NCBI GenBank assembly: GCA_903884455.1 | Contig: CAISEW010000003.1 | Coordinates: 41,313-105,312, forward strand | From: an uncultured Chloroflexota bacterium | GTDB lineage: Bacteria; Chloroflexota; Dehalococcoidia; GIF9; AB-539-J10 | Length of the DNA: 64,000 nucleotides | Direction: 5' to 3' | Part shown: positions 19,567 through 27,428 of the stretch, one piece after another | Position numbering within the stretch: the first letter of the stretch is position 1 | How the letters are laid out: each line of letters begins with the position of its first letter | The notes under the pieces: model-generated | The model's database searches: none | What the model saw: only the letters and a program-made list of their open reading frames with translations | Told to the model about the DNA's origin: nothing | Made by a program: the position numbers and the translations under genes

Positions 19567-20694
19567 CTAGGTATCCTTACTTGCCTTGGTGAGCACTCTG
19601 GCCTTGCCATTTTCCAAAACTACCATATCCTCAATTCTAACACCACCCTGTCCCGCAAAGTAAATTCCTGGTTCTATGGTAAAAATCATGCCATCTGCAA
19701 GTGAATCAAAGGAGCTGAGACCAAGCCTGGGAAATTCGTGTACAGCTAGCCCAACACCATGTCCTAGACCGTGTCCAAAGGCATCTCCATAGCCAGCTTG
19801 TTCAACAACACTTCGAGCCAATCGGTCTGCCTGAGAAGCATCCATAGCTGATTCAATTCCTTCCATAGCAGTAGTCTGTGCTTTGAGAACTATATTATAA
19901 ATTTCCTTGAAGGTTTTGTTTGCTTTGCCTAAGAATAAAGTGCGACTAAGGTCGCTGCAATAACCACTGATTCTGGCTCCCATATCAATCAGCACTGGTT
20001 CACCAGAGCGAATTGTTTTCTCTGTGGGTCGAGCATGAGGCAAAGCTGAATTTGGGCCTGAAGCCACAATGATTTCAAAAGGTATTCCTTCACTGCCTTT
20101 TTGGCGAAGGATTTTTTCTATCTCCCAGGCTATCTCCTTTTCCGTTATACCAGGACGAATTATGGCCTTTGCCTGTTCAAAAGCAGCATCAGCTAGCTCT
20201 ACTGCTTTTGTGATAAATCCCAGTTCTTCGGGTTCTTTTATGGAGCGAAGCTGTTCTACTATGCCAGTGGTGGGAATAAGCTCAAGATTAACTTGCTTGG
20301 TCTTTACTGCCTCGCCGAGCTTATGATAACCATCGTAAGAAATAAAATTTGCCTCGAAGCCTAATTTGTGCCACCCCAAATCAGAGACCAAACCAGGAAG
20401 CCAGTCATGTAACTCTCCTTTAATTCGGATAATTTCAAAATCTGGTGACTCTCCCTTAGCTTGTTCCACATAGAGAAAGTCAGTAGCTAAAATAGCATTC
20501 CGTCCTGAAATGAGTAGCCATCCGGAGCCGGTAAATCCCGAGAGGTAGCGGAGGTTCTCCGGCTGAGAAAGCAGGAGAGCATCTAGTCCCTTTTCGGCGA
20601 TCGACGTTCGCAGCTTCCGTAATCGCTTTATTTTCGAATTTCTCTTCTCGCCTTCCACAATTCTATTCGTCATTTCGGGTTTCCCTTTATCCAT
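19567..20694 (-). CDS. pepP: Xaa-Pro aminopeptidase (M24B)
   Basis: M24 pita-bread metal ligands (D...D...H...E...E). Creatinase_N-like N-terminus. Conserved pepP-efp adjacency. Confidence 0.85.
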   Translation of the reverse strand: MDKGKPEMTNRIVEGEKRNSKIKRLRKLRTSIAEKGLDALLLSQPENLRYLSGFTGSGWLLISGRNAILATDFLYVEQAKGESPDFEIIRIKGELHDWLPGLVSDLGWHKLGFEANFISYDGYHKLGEAVKTKQVNLELIPTTGIVEQLRSIKEPEELGFITKAVELADAAFEQAKAIIRPGITEKEIAWEIEKILRQKGSEGIPFEIIVASGPNSALPHARPTEKTIRSGEPVLIDMGARISGYCSDLSRTLFLGKANKTFKEIYNIVLKAQTTAMEGIESAMDASQADRLARSVVEQAGYGDAFGHGLGHGVGLAVHEFPRLGLSSFDSLADGMIFTIEPGIYFAGQGGVRIEDMVVLENGKARVLTKASKDT

Positions 20695-20771
20695 AAATTC
20701 TCTATTTTACCCCCGTAAGCTGATTACAATGCTTCCAGCGCCAACCCCCAGGAAGATCTTCCCTCATGTTA

Positions 20772-20810
20772 CAGATAAACAAAAACCCCACGTCCGTTGG
20801 GACGTGAGGC
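20772..20810 (-). terminator. Intrinsic terminator on the minus strand
   Basis: RNA stem-loop CCUCACGUCC-CAAC-GGACGUGGGG (10 bp with one G-U pair) followed by UUUUUGUUUAUC. No equivalent on the plus strand (an A-C mismatch, no T-run). Confidence 0.75.
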
Positions 20811-20937
20811 ACACACGCCTCAATCACAAACCTCCACCAAAACAAGTCCCACCACCATTGAACGAAAATAGCAATCTATCGCTCTTTATGGTCGGGATCT
20901 GGGGATGATTCCATTCCCTTGTCTTATATCCCGTTCC
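20775..20937 (-). ncRNA. Candidate ~165-nt structured small RNA or cis-acting leader/attenuator of pepP-efp
   Basis: Bounded by the consensus promoter (20945-20973) and the intrinsic terminator (20772-20810). Nested stems CGGGAU/AUCCCG and GGGA/UCCC. An alternative hairpin GAGGC-GUGUGU-GCCUC overlaps the 5' arm of the terminator. Confidence 0.45.
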
Positions 20938-20944
20938 AGAAGGG

Positions 20945-20973
20945 ATTATAGCCCGCCCATACAATCATGTCAA
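20945..20973 (-). promoter_or_regulatory. Perfect-consensus sigma70 promoter TTGACA-17-TATAAT (minus strand)
   Basis: Minus-strand reading is ttgacatgattgtatgggcgggctataat. -35 at 20968-20973, -10 at 20945-20950. Confidence 0.7.
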
Positions 20974-21002
20974 TCTAAAAAGGCTTGAGCGGCAACAGCA
21001 TT

Positions 21003-21020
21003 ATGAAAGAAGTCTTTCAT
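21003..21020. promoter_or_regulatory. Perfect 18-bp palindrome ATGAAAGA-AG-TCTTTCAT between the sRNA promoter and the response-regulator gene
   Basis: Read directly in the sequence; 8-bp arms. Confidence 0.35.
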
Positions 21021-21082
21021 ATTAATTTCTTAACATTTCTGATATAACATTAGGGGCTTGAAGAATCACCAGGAGGCCAGGG

Positions 21083-21772
21083 ATGGCAGGCAAAAAGGTT
21101 TTGGTAGTTGATGACGACGTAAAGACTGTGGAGTTGGTCAGGCTCTACTTAGACCGGGACGGCTATCAAGTTCTAACTGCTTATGATGGTGTTGAAGCTC
21201 TGCATCTGGCTCGTGAAAGCCACCCCGACCTCATTGTTCTTGACCTTATGCTGCCAGACATCGATGGCCTTGAGGTCTGTCGTACCCTGAGACACGAATC
21301 TGATGTACCAATTATTATGCTTACTGCCCGGACTACTGACCAGGATAAGCTAACGGGCCTGGACCTGGGCGCCGATGACTATGTGACCAAGCCTTTTAGC
21401 CCTAAGGAACTAGCGGCTCGAGTGCGGGCAGTGCTAAGACGTCTTCCCGGAGAGCGCGGCCCTGAGGAGATTAAGAGTGCTGAACTTAGTATGAATTTTA
21501 CGAAACACGAGGCGTGGTTTGCCGACAGACCATTGAATTTGACCAGTGTTGAATTTAAATTACTGGGAGTTCTCGCCAAGGAACCGGGCAGAGTCTTCAG
21601 CCGGGCAAGCCTTATTGAAGAAGCTTTAGGCTACGATTTTGAAGGTTTCGACCGCACCATTGATGTTCACATCCTCAACCTGCGCCGAAAGCTGGAGCCA
21701 GACTCCAGCCACCCCAGGTATATAAAGACGGTATATGGAGTCGGCTATAAGTTTGTCGGAGGGGAACAGTGA
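21083..21772 (+). CDS. OmpR-family two-component response regulator
   Basis: REC domain (VDDD...D...K) plus winged-helix Trans_reg_C; 229 aa. Confidence 0.9.
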   Translation: MAGKKVLVVDDDVKTVELVRLYLDRDGYQVLTAYDGVEALHLARESHPDLIVLDLMLPDIDGLEVCRTLRHESDVPIIMLTARTTDQDKLTGLDLGADDYVTKPFSPKELAARVRAVLRRLPGERGPEEIKSAELSMNFTKHEAWFADRPLNLTSVEFKLLGVLAKEPGRVFSRASLIEEALGYDFEGFDRTIDVHILNLRRKLEPDSSHPRYIKTVYGVGYKFVGGEQ

Positions 21773-23115
21773 CACATCGGTTGTGGTTTCGTCTCTCGAT
21801 AGCTTTCGCTGTGATAATACTGGTGGCCGTCGGCACCATATATTTCTTCGTCAGTCAGCGCATCGCTATCGAAATGGAATATTATAAGACAATAAGTGCG
21901 CAATATCGTTCCGATCAAATACGATCCAAGCTATATCTCCACTATTATGACAAAGGAAGCTGGGAGGACGTCCAGCCCGTAGTTGCAGCATTGAGTGTCT
22001 CCGGGACACACATTATATTGGTCGGTGCCAACGGGACAGTCATAGTTGATTCAAAAGGAGAGCTTTTGGTAGGGACGAACTACACTGACTCATCAGACAG
22101 TCCTCTCGGTCTGAATCTGACCTTGCACAAAGAGTTTCTGGGAAAAGTCTACATCAGCTCTGACCCGGCGGCAGAACCATATGTTGCTCCATTTCTAAGA
22201 CTCTCCACGTCAATAAATCGCTCTCTTCTCCTAGGAGGCTCACTGGCAATCGCCATCGCTTTGATATTGACTTTTGTCCTGTCGCGGAGAATGACGTCAC
22301 CCATCGGTGTCCTTGCCAAGGCTGCCAGACGACTGGGACGGGGAGACTTGTCCCAGAGGGTTCAATTACAGGGCGAAGGCGAAGTTGCGGCATTGGCTCA
22401 AGCCTTTAACTCCATGGCAGCTGACCTGGAGCACGCCGAGCAATTACGACGGAATATGGTTGCTGACGTTGCTCACGAATTGAGGACTCCTCTTTCTAAC
22501 ATTCAAGGCTATCTGGAGGCAATTCGCGATCGGGTGATAAAGCCAGATGCCGCTACTATCCGCTCCCTCAATGAGGAGGCAGCTCTGCTTTCACGACTGG
22601 TTAATGAGCTCCAGGAGCTAAGTCTTGCTGAAGCCGGCGAACTGAAGCTGGTTTATCAAGAGGAAGACATCGCCAAGTTAGTTAAGCAGGCAGTAACTCC
22701 CTGGCAGCCCCAGCTGGCAGCAAAGGAGATATCGCTGTCTCTCGACCTGCCTGATAATCTGTCACCGGTTAACATTGACTGGCAACGGGTCAACCAAGTG
22801 CTGCATAACCTTCTGGAAAATGCGGTGGCTTATACTCATAAGGGAGGCACCATTAATGTGGCTGCTATAACACAAAGTGACTGGGTAGAGGTTAGCGTAT
22901 CGGATACTGGCGAAGGCATTCCTGCTGAGGATTTGCCTCACATTTTCGAGCGCTTCTATAGAGTGGATAAATCTCGTGCCAGAGTCACCGGAGGTAGTGG
23001 TCTGGGTCTTACTATTGCCAAGCGGCTGGTGGAAGCCCATGGCGGAACAATCACAGTCCAAAGCAAGCTGGGAAAGGGAAGTCGTTTTTCATTCACCCTC
23101 CCTATTGCGAAATAG
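21769..23115 (+). CDS. Sensor histidine kinase (2 TM, HAMP, HisKA, HATPase_c)
   Basis: H-box [12 protein letters not shown]; N, G1 and G2 boxes; overlaps the response-regulator stop. Confidence 0.9.
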   Translation: MTHRLWFRLSIAFAVIILVAVGTIYFFVSQRIAIEMEYYKTISAQYRSDQIRSKLYLHYYDKGSWEDVQPVVAALSVSGTHIILVGANGTVIVDSKGELLVGTNYTDSSDSPLGLNLTLHKEFLGKVYISSDPAAEPYVAPFLRLSTSINRSLLLGGSLAIAIALILTFVLSRRMTSPIGVLAKAARRLGRGDLSQRVQLQGEGEVAALAQAFNSMAADLEHAEQLRRNMVADVAHELRTPLSNIQGYLEAIRDRVIKPDAATIRSLNEEAALLSRLVNELQELSLAEAGELKLVYQEEDIAKLVKQAVTPWQPQLAAKEISLSLDLPDNLSPVNIDWQRVNQVLHNLLENAVAYTHKGGTINVAAITQSDWVEVSVSDTGEGIPAEDLPHIFERFYRVDKSRARVTGGSGLGLTIAKRLVEAHGGTITVQSKLGKGSRFSFTLPIAK

Positions 23116-23384
23116 CATTCACCATTTCTACATACGTGATGCTTAGTTATTGAGTATGGCGCAAACCCTTTCCTTTTGTTTGACGTTAGAGTATTATACA
23201 AGCTACCTACTTGGCAAGGATTTTACATATGAATAGAAAGCTATTGATTGGTTTACTAGCTTTGGGTGTGGCAATGATAGTGGTAGGGTTGGTGATAGTG
23301 TTTGTGGGCTTGCCTTAGCTTAATCGCTCTTGCAATTTATTAGTCTTTTAGCGCTTCAAGGTTCCTGGCCAAATACCAAACAAG

Positions 23385-23409
23385 TTACCACTGGACAAAC
23401 ATTGGGATG
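23385..23409. repeat. Left direct repeat (attL-like): displaced duplicate of the dnaN 3' terminus
   Basis: TTACCACTGGACAAACATTGGGATG versus 27404-27428 TTACCACTGAACAAACAT-GGGCATG. In the minus frame it encodes ...IPMFVQW*, matching the dnaN C-terminus ...MPMFVQW*. Confidence 0.7.
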
Positions 23410-23439
23410 TTAGCCATTCCATGCGTATGTCGCAATGGT

Positions 23440-24288
23440 CTAGCGGCGCTTTGGTTTTTGGCCTAGACCCCATCCTTTTTGACAAGTTCGGAGTATTTTT
23501 GCCTTTTCTTGTTCGGTATATTCAAAGAAATAACTCCTGAATTCGAACATATCGTAAGGGCCCATAATAACAAAGAACTTGCCTTTGGTAGCAAAAAACA
23601 GAGGATTAATATCGCGGCGAACGACATCGGCTAGCCAATTAGCTGCTTTCGTGGCCTCTTTAACGTGGTTTTGGCATTTACTTTGCCAATCCTCATATTC
23701 TTTGAAAAGCTGCCGATATTCTTCTTGTTGTAGCCAGCCTTTAGATTTGTAGAATTTTTCTTCAACCAGTACGCCGTCTGTAGTCTTGCTAGGTTGAGAG
23801 TGTTGAAGAAATGTCTGGTTAGCTTCGTAAATCTCATGTGTCAGTTTTTTCAAAGCACATTCTAGCTCAGGTAGAGTCTTTGGCCATATTGCACCAAGTA
23901 TCTTATTATAGAAAGCGAATAGTCTGACAGATGCGGATTCATCCCAGTTCATATTAACAGATAGTGCTCGAGTCGCCCACTTATCCCAGGTACTAAGCTG
24001 ACAGGCTTCTACGGCGGCATCTATCAAATCTGCATAGATGACGGATTGAGCAGTCGTGGTAGAGTCTTTTGATTGTGAGAGGGTGCGTTCTACCCAGTAT
24101 TCGTGTTGGTCTTTAAAGAGGTGTAGCTTCTCAACCGTATAGTCCTGAGGATTCTTGTCGACCAATGTATGATGAGTGGGACAGAGTAGAATGAGATTGA
24201 AATAGGAGTTTCTTTCTCTCTTGGTCAGATTGCTCTTTCCTCTGGCGTCGTTTTTGCCAAGTCCGACAATATGTGCCTGTTCCCCCAA
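23440..24288 (-). CDS. HNH-endonuclease-domain protein with a roughly 200-aa uncharacterized C-terminal domain; N-terminus apparently disrupted
   Basis: HNH core AHIVGLGK...N...LILLCPTHH. The first Cys pair (CSFPDCE) lies upstream of the track start in the same frame. The only upstream ATG (24423, AAGAGG SD) is followed three codons later by an in-frame TAA (24412-24414). Confidence 0.55.
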   Translation of the reverse strand: MGEQAHIVGLGKNDARGKSNLTKRERNSYFNLILLCPTHHTLVDKNPQDYTVEKLHLFKDQHEYWVERTLSQSKDSTTTAQSVIYADLIDAAVEACQLSTWDKWATRALSVNMNWDESASVRLFAFYNKILGAIWPKTLPELECALKKLTHEIYEANQTFLQHSQPSKTTDGVLVEEKFYKSKGWLQQEEYRQLFKEYEDWQSKCQNHVKEATKAANWLADVVRRDINPLFFATKGKFFVIMGPYDMFEFRSYFFEYTEQEKAKILRTCQKGWGLGQKPKRR

Positions 24289-24516
24289 AGGGAAGCTCTG
24301 AGAAGCCGAGCTTTTGTCCTGGGTCAGCTTGATTTCACAATCAGGGAACGAACATCTTTCAGCTGCCCTTCCCCAAAGTAACTTTATGTCTTTTTGTGCT
24401 ATGTAGATGGTTTAATGCTCCATATTGAATTGATTCTACCTCTTATTGCACCAACATGGGGATGTCTGCCCTTACATGAATGCGTTAGTAGAGGTTTTGT
24501 GTAAGGTCTAATATTA

Positions 24517-25416
24517 TTACTTTTTACTTTGTCCTGTAACATATCTTTTCTTCAGGTTTACAAGTTGATTGTTACGCTTCTGCAACTGGATGCGGATATC
24601 ATCCCAATTCAAAAAGATTGGTATCTCTTCTATTTTAGTTTTGCCATCGAATACGTAGGCAGTGAGTCCCAAGGGGTCTTTTTTATAAACTTCTCTGTAG
24701 TCATCTATAGCTGTTTGTATGGTCGACCTTGCTTCGTTGACACTTTTGGAGGTCATTTGTCGCACTTTATTATGAATTGAACTTAATGCTTCTATATAAC
24801 CTCTTGAAGCAGAAATCAAATCGACCTTGTCTGGCATTTCGTCTAATACCTGTTTCTTAAAACTGCCGTCTGAAGATATAAATTTTCTATCAGCGGAAAA
24901 ACTTGATGAAAACTCCAGTAGACCGCTGATATCAAGAGCAGTCCACCTGCTTCCAAATGCTACCTGGTGAACGGGAGTGCCACTATGTTGGGTGTAGTTT
25001 CTTAAAGCTTCCATAAACCTATAGTCGAAATTTCTATCATACTCAGTTGAACGTAACAATTTTAATCGGTCCTTAATTCCGGTCTCTCTTGGTAAACACG
25101 CACAACAATGGTCAGTCAATCTGTCGGTATAAAGCCTTACTGACGTTAGCAAATTCATGAGCTGTCTGTTCACGGCAAGCCGAGCATCAAAAGAATCAAT
25201 ATACCCACGATAGTTTCGAACCATATATGATATTGAGGCGTTTGTCGACTCCTTTTCCAAATCAATATAGTTGGAAATCATCATTTCGTATTCTTCCTCC
25301 AACTGTAACGCCTCGGCGAGAATATCTCTTGATGCTTTGAGAAGTGAGAATCTCTGACTATCAATAGTTAGTGGTGGAGAATCCCCGAGCGCATTAAGTC
25401 TCAAAAAATATTCCAT
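24517..25416 (-). CDS. Hypothetical protein with an HEPN/Abi-like R-x4-H motif (ALRNYTQHSG)
   Basis: 299 aa, low GC, upstream of and co-oriented with the HNH gene. The Rx4H motif is characteristic of HEPN RNases (AbiD/AbiF-like). Confidence 0.45.
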   Translation of the reverse strand: MEYFLRLNALGDSPPLTIDSQRFSLLKASRDILAEALQLEEEYEMMISNYIDLEKESTNASISYMVRNYRGYIDSFDARLAVNRQLMNLLTSVRLYTDRLTDHCCACLPRETGIKDRLKLLRSTEYDRNFDYRFMEALRNYTQHSGTPVHQVAFGSRWTALDISGLLEFSSSFSADRKFISSDGSFKKQVLDEMPDKVDLISASRGYIEALSSIHNKVRQMTSKSVNEARSTIQTAIDDYREVYKKDPLGLTAYVFDGKTKIEEIPIFLNWDDIRIQLQKRNNQLVNLKKRYVTGQSKK

Positions 25417-25756
25417 TGTACTAGTTAATTAATTTCATTTTTATACGATAGGGTTAGTTGTCATGTGGAATATTATGTACTGAATGGTAAAATACTTCAA
25501 TATGGAAAAATGAAGCGATCGACTTAAGGAGTGAATAAAATTAAGACTGTAGCGGAAAACCATTCATGGTTTAGAGGCACTCCTTATTACTGGGCATCCG
25601 CATCATTACCTTTAGCATATGCGGTGGCGTGTGTTGAAGTTGCTTGTGAAATGTCAAGAAAAGCCAGCTACTCACCTGGTTGACGAGGCTATCAAGATGG
25701 GTGCAAAAATTGTTTCGGTTGGTATTGGAAAACTCGGGTATCGCGTAAAAAGGGTA

Positions 25757-25785
25757 TTGACAAAAAATCAGAATAGTATTACTAT
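25757..25785 (+). promoter_or_regulatory. Promoter TTGACA-17-TACTAT for the gene at 25844
   Basis: Hexamers and spacing read directly. AGGGGGTG SD 8 nt before the ATG. Confidence 0.55.
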
Positions 25786-25826
25786 ATAGTAGCGCTATTG
25801 TTTATATACAACAGTAGTAATACTAT
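25773..25826. promoter_or_regulatory. Pair of near-identical palindromic operator-like sites (ATAGTATTACTAT / AGTAGTAATACTAT) bracketing the -10 and +20 region
   Basis: Each site is internally palindromic around AGTAwTACT. The two form an inverted repeat about 40 bp apart. Confidence 0.5.
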
Positions 25827-25843
25827 AAAGGGGGTGAATTTTC

Positions 25844-26446
25844 ATGGATAAGACACAATTAGCTAAGTGGAAGGAAGAAATAGAAATGGAATTAGCTGAG
25901 GTTGAGAAACAACTAACAGTGATAGAAAAGGAGCGAGCCGCACTTAAGGCGCAACTGGGAGCGGTTAGGACACTACTTTCTCCAACGGAAGAAATAACCG
26001 CAATTGAGAATTATGAAGTGAGAGACCTTGTAGGTGCGTTCATAGCAGATTTGAAAGTGAATGGTTGGTCTGTTCGGAAGCATGCAGGGAAAATTAGGAG
26101 CTATGACGCGAACCGAGGCGGTCAAAGTGTTGAACTGTGGATAATATTCAGTAAATTTCACGAGGTAAGCGAACGATATTGGTTTGGTGTGAATCCAGAC
26201 CATCTTGAAAATAGGAATGGCGGGGTTATCTTGCTGCTCGGTACTCACAAGAAGTACATTTGCTTGCCGTTTACTAAACTACAGGAGATGCTGGAGCGTT
26301 CAAAGAATACGATAACTGGCAAGAAATTCGTGGTAAGGGAGAAAAGCGGGCAAGTTGAGCTCCAGCCTGCAGGAATCGGCGGCAAATGGATAAATGTTAC
26401 CGAGTACTTAAATGAGGAAGGGCTAAAGAGAATTGGTATTAACTAA
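25844..26446 (+). CDS. Hypothetical protein, N-terminal coiled coil plus a C-terminal globular domain
   Basis: 200 aa, strong SD, islet cargo; no recognisable family. Confidence 0.55.
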   Translation: MDKTQLAKWKEEIEMELAEVEKQLTVIEKERAALKAQLGAVRTLLSPTEEITAIENYEVRDLVGAFIADLKVNGWSVRKHAGKIRSYDANRGGQSVELWIIFSKFHEVSERYWFGVNPDHLENRNGGVILLLGTHKKYICLPFTKLQEMLERSKNTITGKKFVVREKSGQVELQPAGIGGKWINVTEYLNEEGLKRIGIN

Positions 26447-26470
26447 GAACAAGAAGGAAGTAAATAGAAA

Positions 26471-26581
26471 ATGATGAAAGTAGCTATCTATTGCCGTGTA
26501 AGCACTGAAGGTCAAGAACAGTGTCCAAAATGCCGTTCTCCTTATTGGAATAAGCCGAAACGGAAGGGAATAACTAAGTAA
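26471..26581 (+). pseudogene. Relic of a large serine recombinase: 36-aa ORF joining the catalytic N-terminus (AIYCRVSTEGQEQ) to a C-terminal zinc-ribbon remnant (CPKCRSPYWNKPKRKG)
   Basis: The RVST-x2-Q N-terminal signature is followed directly by a CxxC zinc-ribbon tail, implying a large internal deletion. Its stop overlaps the next gene's ATG (TAATG). Confidence 0.55.
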
Positions 26582-27177
26582 TGAATATTAAGGTAACCCC
26601 TGCACCCGCAAAAGCAGCAGCCGCTACTCATCCACCGACAATAGCAATGCGGAAAGAACTGTATATATTGATGTATGACGTAGCCCAAAAACATAGGGAT
26701 GAAGCAAAAAAAGTTGATGGCAAAAATCAGACTGAAGAAATTCAGCATTCAATGATATGTATTTTATTCTGCTATACATGTTTGGAAGCATTCATCAATA
26801 CTGTCGGAAAAGACAAGCTAGGTGAGATATGGGAGGAAAAATGGGGGAAATATAGGAGACCTCAAACTGAGGGTAAATGGATGGGAGTGTCCAATCTTCT
26901 ATCAAACAAGAAACACAGAAAACCACACTCGGTTTTCAAAAATAGCGAGGATCCCTTCAAGTCATTTCTATATTTAGAGAAAATCAGAGAAGATTATTTA
27001 GTCCATAGAAAAGCGGAATTTAGCGAAGTTGTTAAAACAAAATATGGAAACACCGAGGGGACAATAAACATTTTGAATGCTAATACAGCAGATTGGGCTT
27101 GCAAAACGGTAAAACAAATGGTGCTTAAACTAGTTGAGAATATGGATGACGCGCCAGAAGTGAAGTGGGTTAAATAA
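26581..27177 (+). CDS. Hypothetical protein (198 aa) with a possible HEPN-like R-x5-H motif (IREDYLVHRK)
   Basis: ORF within the islet; no housekeeping similarity. Confidence 0.5.
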   Translation: MNIKVTPAPAKAAAATHPPTIAMRKELYILMYDVAQKHRDEAKKVDGKNQTEEIQHSMICILFCYTCLEAFINTVGKDKLGEIWEEKWGKYRRPQTEGKWMGVSNLLSNKKHRKPHSVFKNSEDPFKSFLYLEKIREDYLVHRKAEFSEVVKTKYGNTEGTINILNANTADWACKTVKQMVLKLVENMDDAPEVKWVK

Positions 27178-27192
27178 TATTAGGAATAAAAA

Positions 27193-27351
27193 GTGAAAGC
27201 TGCAATCTACTGCCGTGTAAGCACTGAAGGGCAAGAGCAAGATGGCACAAGCCTGTAAACTCAACTGGAATCTTGCCGTAAATATTGCCAGGCTAGGCGG
27301 TATGAAGTCGGGCACGAGTTGAACGAAGCATGGTCCACCAGAAACGAATAG
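27193..27351 (+). pseudogene. Relic of a second large serine recombinase: N-terminal ~50 codons with an in-frame TAA, then truncated
   Basis: VKAAIYCRVSTEGQEQDGTSL-TAA-TQLESCRKYCQARRYEVGHELNEAWS fits the recombinase N-domain consensus (RVSTxxQ...SLxxQLExCRxYA...GxEV). About 39/45 nt identical to the 5' end of the other relic (26476-26520). Confidence 0.6.
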
Positions 27352-27385
27352 GCGTCTGATTTGCACCAGACGCCTGTTTCAATTT
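27350..27385 (+). terminator. Intrinsic terminator, probably bidirectional (also closes dnaN)
   Basis: AGGCGTCTG / CAGACGCCT 9-bp stem with an 8-nt loop, followed by GTTTCAATTT. T-rich on the other side as well. Confidence 0.55.
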
Positions 27386-27403
27386 ATGCGAAACTAAAAT
27401 CTA

Positions 27404-27428
27404 TTACCACTGAACAAACATGGGCATG
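27404..27428. repeat. Right direct repeat (attR-like): the functional 3' terminus of dnaN
   Basis: See the repeat feature at 23385-23409. Confidence 0.7.

Larger units (their letters stand above)
23410..27403. mobile_element. Roughly 4-kb low-GC integrated islet at the 3' end of dnaN; degraded integrative element with serine-recombinase relics and a nuclease-type cargo
   Basis: Flanked by the 25-bp imperfect direct repeats. AT-rich relative to its neighbours. Contains two decayed large-serine-recombinase 5' ends adjacent to the dnaN-side repeat. Its cargo genes have no housekeeping similarity. Confidence 0.6.
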
